From NCBI GenBank assembly GCA_963667665.2, contig OY763927.2, positions 864,001 through 928,000 on the forward strand: a stretch of 64,000 nt of DNA, read 5' to 3'. Below the pieces are notes generated by a model. That model worked only from the letters and a program-made list of their open reading frames with translations. It ran no database searches and had not been told where the DNA came from. The DNA comes from Nitrosopumilus sp. (GTDB taxonomy: Archaea > Thermoproteota > Nitrososphaeria > Nitrososphaerales > Nitrosopumilaceae). This document shows, piece by piece, positions 33,852-44,044 of the stretch (the stretch's first letter is position 1; each line of letters opens with the position of its first letter). The position numbers and the translations under genes were made by a program.

Positions 33852-33984
33852 TTGTACGGAAATTAGTTCTGTCCAAGTTTAATCGTACCATAAAGGATTA
33901 TTTTACACTGTACTAGTCATCTATTGTACAGAAATTAGTTCTGTCCAAGTTTAAGCGCACCATAAATGATCGTTTACACTGTAC
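33852..33984. repeat. 72-bp-period direct repeat upstream of the adhesin
   Basis: TTGTACxGAAATTAGTTCTGTCCAAGTTTAA...TTTACACTGTAC at 33852 and 33924. Confidence 0.8.
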
Positions 33985-34418
33985 CGATCAGGCCGCATGA
34001 TGCAAATCTGGAAATATTTGGCAGTTCTTTTAAAATATGCAGCATCAGATGTCAAATAAAAAGTGTCAGGAATCTGCCAAAAAATCACAGTGAACGGACC
34101 CAAACACCGCCTAGATGACAGGATTTGCACAGATCTTGGATGGTTTGCAGGTTTTGTGTGGATGTGGCAAAGGCAGAAATGGGAGTGGCATCAAATGGCT
34201 GGCAGACTGCTTCGGGCAAAGAGCATACACGTGGAACCTGAAAATGCTGCACAATCAGGTCAAACCCCGTCCGGCCCACTACAATAAGGAAGCTTTTATA
34301 GAATTTTTTTTATGTGTGTCACAACATGCAGGTTGGACGCTGAACGGAATTCCATATTCAGGTATGCGTGAAAATGAGCTAGTTCTTTGCTGCAGGTTAT
34401 TCCCGGCCCTTTATTGCC

Positions 34419-34837
34419 ATGGCAGTATTAGATTATGACTCATGTTACAAAATACTGCGTCCTGTGGAACAGGCAGATTTCAACGCACCTCCCAAAATCG
34501 TTCATATATTGAAGATGATCCCGTCTGACGGGCGCGTGGCATTTGAACATTTTAAGGATACCGGCAAACATACTGCCATCAGGGAGTCAAACATGCATGT
34601 TCCAACGGAATACTCAAAAGAATATCACCGTACGAGTGCGTATTGAGGCTTGGTTCAGTTAAATTCTGGCGCACACGGCTCAGCGAGTCCGGCCACAAGA
34701 ACTACGCGTCAGAACCTGGCACCGGGCAAGCATGTTTGAGATGCCTATCCAGGTTCGACGAGTGGCTGCCCGGTAGCTCATTCCATACTATTCGGATTAA
34801 AGATCCGGACAAAATCACTTTCGCCGTTTTCAATTGA
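34419..34837 (+). pseudogene. N-terminal remnant of a tyrosine recombinase of the 56727-58412 family
   Basis: SVKFWRTRL...KN...T.QACLRCLSRFDEWL aligns with SIQYWQSQL...KN...TKKAYLRQLWNFNKWL. Confidence 0.6.
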
Positions 34838-35697
34838 GTGTTCAATTAGGTGGATGGGTGTTAAGTAGGGTGATAAATGATTATGGGAGTGGTTCGTGTC
34901 CTCTTTTGTATCCTGAGAATTTTCTATATTCGTAATCAGTTAAAGGAGTTTGACATCCACATTTACAAAATGTTTTCATGTTTTCAATTTACACTGCACA
35001 TACAAAAAGATTAGGAATTCATCTTTAGCCAGCAACTGTCTTTTCCATTTGACAACCATGCAAATTTATGAAGTTTCAAAATATCATTAATCTCCCTCCA
35101 GATGTGTTTATCAATCCAATCCTTGGGAGTTATTTTGATAGAGTCACCCTTATTAACTATTGATACTTTTTTGATTCTCTTTCCAAGATTGTTTACAAAA
35201 TTTGGTTTGCTTCCAGCTTGTTTTATCAAATCTAGATATTTGTCATCACCAAGATTCAAGTTAATGTTTGCAGCTTGTGCAGGAGTCTTACCATTTAGCC
35301 CTTGATGTGGTTTTACAAAGTTATGGTTAATTTTCAACAATTCTGAAAATGTTTGTGCTGATTCATCATTTCCCAATCCACGTCTAGCTTTGAGTTTTTC
35401 TCTTATCTCATTATGGTATCTCTCAATAGGCCTATTCACAAAGCCATCTTTGAGTGATTTTGTTTTGATATGTGCAGTTTTATTTTCAAACTCTTTTCTA
35501 ATTGCTTCTTGGTAAGAGTTGAGACAATCAGTTAATACATAATTTGGATTCTGTGATACTATCTTTTTGCCACTTGTGATAATCTTTCTTGCATCTGAAA
35601 TTTTCCTTTTCTGTTGATTTGGGATATTTTTTTTGACAAAACTTGAAGACAGAGTCAAATCTAACATTATTTCTGAAATTAGAATCACTACATTTTA
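34827..35697. repeat. 871-bp direct repeat, copy 1 (copy 2 at 41485-42355)
   Basis: Offset 6658 bp; I noticed three substitutions, all synonymous in the transposase frame. Confidence 0.95.
35011..35688 (-). pseudogene. IS6-family transposase C-terminal fragment
   Basis: LTDCLNSY, NRPIERYHN, KPHQGLNGKTPA; first catalytic Asp missing. Confidence 0.8.
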
Positions 35698-35821
35698 GGT
35701 TCTGTAACGTTACCGGTTGGATCTTCTTCGTGTAACACATCGGTTGGTTTTAGTGTAAAATCCCTGGAATATTTTGAGAAACATATTGACACCTTAACAA
35801 ATCCATATTTTTTCAACCATT

Positions 35822-36175
35822 TTACTTACGTGTCCTACGCCTAGAAGCCCCAAATGAGCCAGGTCCAAATCCTAGAAATTCATTAATCTTTCCACCCAAA
35901 GTCTTTGGTTCAAATTTCTTTTTGTAATAATTTCCACTTGAAGTACTCTTATCCAAATTACAATCAATACATGCTGGAACTAGATTCCGAAGGTAATTTG
36001 ATCCTCCTTTTGCACGAGCTTTGCTGTGATCTATATGCCATGCTCCACGATTTCCATATTTACCACGATTTCCATATTTACCATAATTGACAAATGCTAA
36101 TTGTTTTTCACAATAATAACAATGCCTATTATTTTTATCATAGACATAATTGACTTCTTCATCAGTAAACGTCAT
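35822..36175 (-). CDS. HNH endonuclease
   Basis: CYYC...WHIDH...GGSN...NLVPACIDCN; 18-bp in-frame duplication (GKYGNR x2). Confidence 0.85.
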   Translation of the reverse strand: MTFTDEEVNYVYDKNNRHCYYCEKQLAFVNYGKYGNRGKYGNRGAWHIDHSKARAKGGSNYLRNLVPACIDCNLDKSTSSGNYYKKKFEPKTLGGKINEFLGFGPGSFGASRRRTRK

Positions 36176-36191
36176 AATTTATCAACTATAT

Positions 36192-36551
36192 TCAGTATGG
36201 AAAAGTTATTGTGATTTCTTTTCCTTCTGGTGTGACTTCATTACATTCAGGAGTATATTTCTTGTAAAGAGTATGTTCTATGTTTTTTTGATCTTCTTCA
36301 TTATTTACATAGCAATATCTAAAATACAATGCTTTGTCTCCTACTCTGCTTTTAATACATTTGTTCTCTTCATCATTTGATAGATGTTTTAATAATCTAG
36401 TTTCCAAATATTTTGTTCTACCAACATACACTGGTCTGTATCCGCCTTTTTTGAGACCCACACTGATCAGATAGTTTCCACCTATATCGTTAACAACTTT
36501 TTTGACAGTTTCTTCATAATAATCAAAAAGGCCATGCCACTCTAATTCCAT
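36192..36551 (-). CDS. GIY-YIG nuclease
   Basis: GNYLI..YVGRT..L..RL..H..E..CN. Confidence 0.8.
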   Translation of the reverse strand: MELEWHGLFDYYEETVKKVVNDIGGNYLISVGLKKGGYRPVYVGRTKYLETRLLKHLSNDEENKCIKSRVGDKALYFRYCYVNNEEDQKNIEHTLYKKYTPECNEVTPEGKEITITFPY

Positions 36552-36561
36552 ATCATCACCA

Positions 36562-36828
36562 TCAACATTTCCCCTGCAAACGCTTCCGTTTGTAGATTAC
36601 ATCAGCTACTACTCTTCCATATGATCTTGCTTTTGGTTTTACTGTTACTGTTTTCCCCTGAATTTGCCTTGCTAGTTTTTGCTTCGCAGACAAATATCCT
36701 GGTTGTCCTTTTTCAGGACAGTTCAAACCAGTTACGCGAACATATTGAGAGTTATTTACTTTATTTCGTATCTTGAAAGTATCACCATCAATTACTTTCT
36801 GAACTTTTCTACGGTAAACCTTTTTCAT
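36562..36828 (-). CDS. Thermonuclease (SNase)-family protein
   Basis: KVIDGDTF, VRVTGLNCPE, SYGRVVADV. Confidence 0.85.
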   Translation of the reverse strand: MKKVYRRKVQKVIDGDTFKIRNKVNNSQYVRVTGLNCPEKGQPGYLSAKQKLARQIQGKTVTVKPKARSYGRVVADVIYKRKRLQGKC

Positions 36829-36947
36829 TTTTTTCTCCCATATATCATTGGAGTTTCATCAGGTCCATCATCAAATTCTCTGATTATTCGTGGGTACATT
36901 TTATTCATATCATGCCTAGAACTTTACAATAATAATATATGATCAAG

Positions 36948-36972
36948 ATAGTCTTAATAATACTTAGACTAT
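36948..36972. promoter_or_regulatory. Dyad operator ATAGTCT-N11-AGACTAT
   Basis: Ends 1 nt before the regulator ATG (36974), in the divergent intergenic region. Confidence 0.6.
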
Positions 36973-36973
36973 A

Positions 36974-37708
36974 ATGACTAAACTGACAAGACTGCGTATA
37001 CACGTATGTCCAATAGGATATGAGATAGACCGAATTGTTGAATCTGCAAAAAAATTACAAGCTGATCGTGTATGGCTAATCATAGAACAGAATCCTTCAA
37101 AAGAAACAGCTTCTAAATTCATTAAGCAGGTAAGATCCCTTCTGAAAAAGAATGAAATCGATGTAAAACTAAAAGGCGTATCACGTGATGATCTTTTTGA
37201 CAATCTAAAAGGAATAAAAGAAATTTTCGAAGAAGAAAAAGGAAATGAACTTTATGTCAATGTTTCAGCTGGCTCAAAAATTCAAGCAATTGCAGGGATG
37301 ATGGCATGTATGATGTTTAAAGAGTATGAATCTATTCCATATTATGTTAATCCAAAAAAATATGAAAAGCCTTCGACATCACCACAATCATCAGGTGTAA
37401 AAGATATTGTTCCTCTTCCAGATTATACAATACAAAAACCCAACGCCGAATTAGTACAAACTCTCAAAATAATTAAAAATAATAATGAAAAATTAAATAA
37501 AAAGTCTTTAGGAAAAATTGCAATTCGTGAGGGATTAATAGATTCGAAAAATGATAAAGTAACTCAAAGTGATTATGCAAAACTAGACCATCACATTATC
37601 AAGCCGTTAGAAGAAATATGGAAATATATCACTGTAAAAAGAATTGGAACTAATCATTGGATTGAATTGACAGATGCAGGAAAAGATGCATGTAAATTTT
37701 TAATCTGA
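36974..37708 (+). CDS. DUF6293/HFX_2341-type CARF-like + wHTH regulator
   Basis: IHVCPIGYEIDRI, ADRVWLI, YVNVSAGSK, PYYV; C-terminal wHTH (IELTDAG). Confidence 0.8.
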   Translation: MTKLTRLRIHVCPIGYEIDRIVESAKKLQADRVWLIIEQNPSKETASKFIKQVRSLLKKNEIDVKLKGVSRDDLFDNLKGIKEIFEEEKGNELYVNVSAGSKIQAIAGMMACMMFKEYESIPYYVNPKKYEKPSTSPQSSGVKDIVPLPDYTIQKPNAELVQTLKIIKNNNEKLNKKSLGKIAIREGLIDSKNDKVTQSDYAKLDHHIIKPLEEIWKYITVKRIGTNHWIELTDAGKDACKFLI

Positions 37709-37973
37709 TATATGTATATGGTAATTATTCATAAACACCACACAATTTTAACACGAGTATACATATTTTTACAATATATTTTTTGAGCAATTCCTGTTTT
37801 TAGTAACTTAAATTTGAATCTTGATTGATTTGTATTTTTGATAACATAATACCCTTCATTTTTCTAATCTCAAATCATAATAACTATCATTATATCAAAA
37901 ATTCGTCGTAGTGGAATCACTAATGAATTTGATGATACAGATGTGTCTGGAGATGAAATTGTCAAAAAATTAG

Positions 37974-38201
37974 ATGATGCTTTGGAGGATTACAGGTGAA
38001 ATTGTGACAAAACAACACATCAAAGTCATCGTAGAAAACAACTCCTACATTGTTAATGTGACTGAATCTTCAGAAAGTGGATTTGTTGGAAACTGTATAG
38101 AATTACCCGCAGCAATAAGCCAAGGAGAATCAATTTCAGAACTAGAGAAAAATATCAAAGAGGCAATAATGCTAGTTTTACAAGAACATATGGACAAATG
38201 A
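37974..38201 (+). CDS. HicB-like antitoxin (HicA N-terminal remnant DVSGDEIVKKL just upstream)
   Basis: GFVGNCIELPAAISQGESISELEKNIKEAI. Confidence 0.7.
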   Translation: MMLWRITGEIVTKQHIKVIVENNSYIVNVTESSESGFVGNCIELPAAISQGESISELEKNIKEAIMLVLQEHMDK

Positions 38202-38517
38202 TTCACAATCCCTAAATCATTCTGCTGTAAACTAGCAACATGTCACGTCGTTAATGACAAAAACAAGAATTCATGGAGCCAGAGTACCAAGAAACGCAAG
38301 GGTCAAACGACCTGTAAGCTGTGGTTTTGTGAAAAGAAAAAAGAGAGGTTACCAACATGTGATGACTCTTATCCAAAATACCAAAAAGCAAGGTGTCAAC
38401 AGATGCAAAATCTGCAAACATCATTTTCTTTCTTACTTGAAAACAGTTACAAATTTGATTAAAATACAAAATCACTGTTTTTACACAATCTTAATCTCTC
38501 AGTCTATCTCTTAGCCA

Positions 38518-39225
38518 TTGTTGCCAAATCTTTTTGTAGACATTGAAACTGCACCTCAATTCACCAAAGAAGAATACTTTAAAACAAAAGAGGCAATTGA
38601 TTCAGGAATATTACACAAGAATTCTGAGAACAAGGATTTGTTTTGGAGATTTGAGCGAGGGGGCCTTACACCATTTAATGGCAAAACTATCCTCATTACA
38701 TACAAAATCAACAATGGCCATGTCTTTCGACTCAAAGAATGGGAACTAGGAGAAAAAGAACTATTGCAAAAATTCTACAACGTTGTAGTTGATTTGCAGC
38801 GAGGAACAAGTGATGATAGACTAAAAATAATTGGTCACAACATCCTTCGATTTGACTTGTTTTTTCTGTATGGTAGAATGATTCATCACAATATTGAGGA
38901 TGAAAAATGGCTTCATCAATGGCTCATTAACAAACCTGAAGTAATTGATTTTCTTCAAATACATCTACCATTAAATAATTTCAAAACTAAAGGTCTCAAG
39001 CATGATGTTTTGGCATATGCGTATGATTTTCCTGTAAAATCAACTCTTGGTTCTGGTGAAATCCCACATTATTTTCAAGAGGATTATGATAAAATAATAG
39101 AATATTCTGAGCGTGAATTCATTTATCCAGAATTGTATGAGAAAATCATTACTAATGGAATGATTACATCAGAGATGTTACAAAAATCAATTAAACATTA
39201 TGATAATTTACAAAATGAAAATTAA
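38518..39225 (+). CDS. DEDD/RNase H-like 3'-5' exonuclease
   Basis: FVDIET, IGHNILRFDL, IEYSERE. Confidence 0.8.
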   Translation: MLPNLFVDIETAPQFTKEEYFKTKEAIDSGILHKNSENKDLFWRFERGGLTPFNGKTILITYKINNGHVFRLKEWELGEKELLQKFYNVVVDLQRGTSDDRLKIIGHNILRFDLFFLYGRMIHHNIEDEKWLHQWLINKPEVIDFLQIHLPLNNFKTKGLKHDVLAYAYDFPVKSTLGSGEIPHYFQEDYDKIIEYSEREFIYPELYEKIITNGMITSEMLQKSIKHYDNLQNEN

Positions 39226-39372
39226 TTTTAAAATGAACTAAAGATCATCTTTTTTCTCAGAACCCAAATCATTTAACAAATCAGAATATTTCTCAATAAT
39301 TTCATCTGTGATTTTCTCATCTATTATGTTCATAATGAATGACTCTTTTCATAGTATAAGTTGTAATCTATT

Positions 39373-39765
39373 TTAACAAGAATCTAAACTCATATCTCCA
39401 TTCTCATCAGTATTTACAGGTATTCGAATTTCCTTTCCAAAAAAATCCGTTATTGAATACTGTTTTGGAGTCACCATTCTAGCTGCACTTTGAATCAATG
39501 TCTTCCACTTGTCTTCTCCAAGAATGTTAATTCCTGCAATTTCAGCAGGAGTTTTACCTCCTAAACTGGTATGTGGCCTGAAATAGTTGTGATATAATTG
39601 ATATCCTGAAATCACGACTGAATCCTTCTTTTTTACGCCTCGTGTTGTCTTTTCTTTGTCTCGAAATTCACCGTTTAATCTCTCCATCATGTTGTTGTTG
39701 TGGTTTCCATCCATTCTAATGGTGTTAATGTGAATCGGAATATCATTTCCTTTTCCACGCATCAA
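39373..39765 (-). pseudogene. IS6-family transposase C-terminal fragment
   Basis: NNNMMERLNGEFRD, RPHTSLGGKTPAE. Confidence 0.8.
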
Positions 39766-40021
39766 ATTCGATAATTTTCAGATTCTTGTCATTAGTTTTT
39801 TCCAAGTCCTTTTTTACTTTTTTGATTAATGTTGTTTTACCAGATCCCCATTCTCCATGAATTCCTATTGTAAAAGGAGGTTGTAATTTTTTATCAGTGA
39901 GAATGTTGGCAATTTGCTGAGAATACTTGACAAAATTAAATTGTAAATTCTCAATTTCAGGTTCATCTGTGATTAGTTTAAGTTTCTCAAGAATCTGTTG
40001 TTTATGATCACTTTCTGACAT
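39743..40021 (-). pseudogene. KAP-family P-loop NTPase N-terminal fragment
   Basis: PFTIGIHGEWGSGKTT...IIEFDAWK, then truncated. Confidence 0.8.
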
Positions 40022-40206
40022 ACACTTTCGATTTTCTTAATCGTATCTTATAATTTTGTATTGAATATTATCCAGTTACGATGTAACAACACCCTAAAAC
40101 AGGTTCTGTAAAGTTGGTGGTTTACGATTGACTTTAACTAACCTGTCAAAGATCGCCTCATTCACCGTCACGCCTAAAAGTAGGACATTTGAGGAACTGA
40201 TCAGAA

Positions 40207-41163
40207 ATGTACAAACAAGGATTTGCATTAATAGGAACGGCTGCATTTCTGCACATTATTACACAAATATTTCAATTTATTCAAGACCAAACTCTCGACA
40301 TTTTTCGAAATGAGTCCCACGTATTTAGCATCATTATTCCAATTATTATTGGAATAATAGGTATAGTGTTGATTTTCAAAGATAAATTTGGGTGGTTCAA
40401 AAATAAAGATAATAGAAAACAATATGATGCAAAAAAACTCAATGAGACTGTTTTCAGAAAATTAATGCGAGTAGAATGTATAGAAGATGAATTTTTCTTT
40501 ATAGAAAAATTTGGGTTTTGTATACCTACAAATAAAATGGCATTTACAAACAAAAGCGAATCTGATTATTTATTTTGGGCTGTAGGAAGTAGAGATGCCA
40601 GATACATTCACAAAGAATTTGACATTATTGAGAGAATTATCCCAAATTTAGAAACAGGAGAACAATATTTGAAGATAGAATATTATGAAATTTATAAACA
40701 ATGGATTCAAATTAAAAAAGATTTGGAAGAATTAAATCTAAAAAGAAAATCTTTCTTTAATTCAATATCCAAACAAATTGGTAAGAAATTAAAAAAACAT
40801 TTCAACTGTGAATCTAAATTACTTTTACATCCATTTGGAGATGAATGTGTATTTTTTGAAGAAAATACAGAAAAGATTTTGCCGTATCAATTCAATACAC
40901 ATTATCTTGAATTAGATAATCCTTGTGAAAATCAATACTATGTAACATATAGGAGAAATAGGATTCTGGGCAGTAATAAAAACACAGCAGATTTGGATGT
41001 AGTTAAAGATGTATTCACTACTATTACAAATGATAGAAGAATAATAGACAAAAAAATTAACTTTGATATGGATAAAATAAACTTAAACAAAAGAATCTCA
41101 GATTTTTGTGATCAATTGGAACATAAGGTTGTACATGATATTGACGCTCAAATTACTTCCTAA
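40207..41163 (+). CDS. Hypothetical protein with two N-terminal TM helices
   Basis: 318 aa ORF downstream of an internal IS6-like end GGTTCTGTAAAGTT (40102). Confidence 0.65.
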   Translation: MYKQGFALIGTAAFLHIITQIFQFIQDQTLDIFRNESHVFSIIIPIIIGIIGIVLIFKDKFGWFKNKDNRKQYDAKKLNETVFRKLMRVECIEDEFFFIEKFGFCIPTNKMAFTNKSESDYLFWAVGSRDARYIHKEFDIIERIIPNLETGEQYLKIEYYEIYKQWIQIKKDLEELNLKRKSFFNSISKQIGKKLKKHFNCESKLLLHPFGDECVFFEENTEKILPYQFNTHYLELDNPCENQYYVTYRRNRILGSNKNTADLDVVKDVFTTITNDRRIIDKKINFDMDKINLNKRISDFCDQLEHKVVHDIDAQITS

Positions 41164-41484
41164 GATATTCACTCATAATAACACGAATAGTCTCAGATAC
41201 AGTCCAACAATTCTTCATTACATTCTTTTTCTAATGTTTTTACCATATCAACAGAGGAAAGAAACAAAACTGTACTCGAGGAAGTAGACCATTCCAAGTT
41301 CAAATCTGTTGAGATTTGCACAAAAATCAACCGAAATGAGACAAGGAGAAGATATCAACCGAGCATGTTACAGAACCTCCTAACTGACCACTTCATCACC
41401 CGAATTGACCACTAGTTGAAAATCCGCCTAGTTTGGAACAGTGTATAAAATTATACACTGTTCAATCTTAGTGTCATTTCATGA

Positions 41485-42355
41485 TTTTCAATTGAGTGTT
41501 CAATTAGGTGGATGGGTGTTAAGTAGGGTGATAAATGATTATGGGAGTGGTTCGTGTCCTCTTTTGTATCCTGAGAATTTTCTATATTCGTAATCAGTTA
41601 AAGGAGTTTGACATCCACATTTACAAAATGTTTTCATGTTTTCAATTTACACTGCACATACAAAAAGATTAGGAATTCATCTTTAGCCAGCAACTGTCTT
41701 TTCCATTTGACAACCATGCAAATTTATGAAGTTTCAAAATATCATTAATCTCCCTCCAGATGTGTTTATCAATCCAATCCTTGGGAGTTATTTTGATAGA
41801 GTCACCCTTATTAACTATTGATACTTTTTTGATTCTCTTTCCAAGATTGTTTACAAAATTTGGTTTGCTTCCAGCTTGTTTTATCAAATCTAGATATTTG
41901 TCATCACCAAGATTCAAGTTAATGTTTGCAGCTTGTGCAGGAGTCTTACCATTTAGCCCTTGATGTGGTTTTACAAAGTTATGGTTGATTTTCAACAACT
42001 CTGAAAATGTCTGTGCTGATTCATCATTTCCCAATCCACGTCTAGCTTTGAGTTTTTCTCTTATCTCATTATGGTATCTCTCAATAGGCCTATTCACAAA
42101 GCCATCTTTGAGTGATTTTGTTTTGATATGTGCAGTTTTATTTTCAAACTCTTTTCTAATTGCTTCTTGGTAAGAGTTGAGACAATCAGTTAATACATAA
42201 TTTGGATTCTGTGATACTATCTTTTTGCCACTTGTGATAATCTTTCTTGCATCTGAAATTTTCCTTTTCTGTTGATTTGGGATATTTTTTTTGACAAAAC
42301 TTGAAGACAGAGTCAAATCTAACATTATTTCTGAAATTAGAATCACTACATTTTA
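41485..42355. repeat. 871-bp direct repeat, copy 2, containing IS6 fragment 41669-42346
   Basis: Identical translated ORF to 35011-35688. Confidence 0.95.
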
Positions 42356-42499
42356 CAAAGTAAAACAACGAAGAAATTCTTTGTAGTTCATCATCAGATG
42401 GATTTTCAGGATGAGTGACAATATCATCAATCTCTTTTGCCATCTGTTCTAATGGGTTATCCAAGAATTTGATTTTATCATGGAATTTTTATCTTTAAC

Positions 42500-43445
42500 G
42501 CTCCGCTCGGCCCCTTTGGGGGGCCTCGCTACGCTTTGATTTTCTCTTAGAAAATCTATCAGGATTTCCTTTCAGGAAATCATATGGAAAAATTAATAAT
42601 TTTTCTAAAGGGGCCTTGATGTTCCGTACGAACGTGCGTACCGTTACAGCGCGGCGTTCCGTACGGTTCCGTTACGACGTTCGTGCCGTCAGACGTTACG
42701 TTTTACGATTATGTTACGACATGTGATTCTTTGAATCACTAATGATCCATAAGACCATAAAATAGGGCGAATTCTACGAATCTTTGATTCGTTATAACGG
42801 TCTTTCAGACCGTAGTAATAGGGCGAAAATTACAATTAAAAATTTTCAAATCTAGATTATTGAATATTGTAATTTGGGATATCAAGATGAACGGAGGACT
42901 GACAAATTTCTCTCGAAATTAAAAAGACGGTTTTAACCAATTTGATGATTTGAATACAATGTGTTCTTTGTATAGATATCAACAAATCATCATCGATCAA
43001 CAAGAGAGATTTGAGTTGTTTTTTGTACACTCTGGATAAGGACCATTTCAGGACACAGGTTAAAGTAATTTAGAATTTCTCAAAAGAGAATGAGTTCTGT
43101 TTTCTATGGTGATGGATACACTTACTCTCATGAGACAGTCAAAAAGTCAGAACTAATTCCAGAGAAGATATGTCCTCAATGTGGAAATGATGTAGATAAC
43201 AACTTTGAGATTCTTTCAGGAACAATGGAATTACTCATGAAGGATGAATTAGAGATGTTGATACTCAAAAAAGGTACAAAACACAATAGTACGATGTACC
43301 AGATGTGATATCCAGTTTATTCGACAGGAAACCAGGATTACAAGATATAATGTGAAATTCTATGAGTAAACACATAGATTCTGAAAAATAAAGACCGAAG
43401 GTCAAAGCGTAGCGAGGTTTGAGCGAAGCGAAAACCGAGCGGAGC
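42500..43445. other. Putative plasmid/ICE origin (oriV/oriT-like) region
   Basis: Inverted GC-rich ends (GCTCCGCTCGG..CCTCGCTACGCTTTGA / TCAAAGCGTAGCGAGG..CCGAGCGGAGC), GTTCCGTACG/CGTTAC repeats, AATAGGGCGAAA x2. Confidence 0.45.
43090..43308 (+). CDS. Small protein with CxxC
   Basis: CPQCG; 72 aa. Confidence 0.4.
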   Translation: MSSVFYGDGYTYSHETVKKSELIPEKICPQCGNDVDNNFEILSGTMELLMKDELEMLILKKGTKHNSTMYQM

Positions 43446-43711
43446 CTTAGAAAATAATTAATCATTCTTCAAACATAGTATTCTTCACCAATACCAATAA
43501 TCAGTATTCTTCACTAGTATTCTGAGTCATCATTCCATCTAGTCAATTCTAGAATTTTTATTTTTACTGTATATTTTGTTACCCTTTTTACTGAGGCCTT
43601 TTCTTTTTTTTCTTTTTTTGTTCGCCGATTCGCTGTTAGGGTATATTGCGAATAAAGTGTTTTCGTGCCTAGATTGAAATTATTCGCCAAAAGTTAGTTT
43701 TAGGAGTAAAT

Positions 43712-43764
43712 TGGGATCAATGGGATCAATGGGATCAATGGGATCAATGGGATCAATGGGATCA
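43712..43764. repeat. Tandem repeat (TGGGATCAA) x6
   Basis: Direct reading; last unit lacks the final A. Confidence 0.95.
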
Positions 43765-43802
43765 TTTTGTGTCTGTTAAATAGAAAATGACAATCTAAAA
43801 TT

Positions 43803-44042
43803 GTGAAAAATAAATATTATAGAAAATGTGGTAGCCGAAGTAAAAATAGAAAACGTTGGATTATTGAACTTCCAATAAAATGGGTTAAAGAATTACAATT
43901 AGAAGAAGCAATGATGGAATTAGTTCTAAAAGGTAACACAATAACAATACGAAAAGTTGTAGAATCAAAATCAACAGATGAAAAGATACCCGAGAACAGT
44001 GTTGGAACCGCAGGTGATGGTCCGACTATTACAAGATATTAA
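43803..44042 (+). CDS. AbrB/MazE-like DNA-binding protein
   Basis: WIIELPIKWVKELQL...MELVLKGNTITIRK. Confidence 0.65.
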   Translation: MKNKYYRKCGSRSKNRKRWIIELPIKWVKELQLEEAMMELVLKGNTITIRKVVESKSTDEKIPENSVGTAGDGPTITRY

Positions 44043-44044
44043 TT

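Larger units (their letters stand above)
35698..41377. mobile_element. Cargo element A bounded by ~54-bp inverted ends
   Basis: GGTTCTGTAACGTTACCGGTTGGATCTTCTTCGTGTAACACATCGGTTGGTTTT at 35698; inverted diverged copy ...CAACCGAGCATGTTACAGAACC ending 41377. Confidence 0.65.

Noticed and set aside
35528-35740. Shared peptide MCYTKKIQPVxLQN in ORFs 35528 and 47234
   Set aside because: It is a translation of the repeated element end, not a protein family
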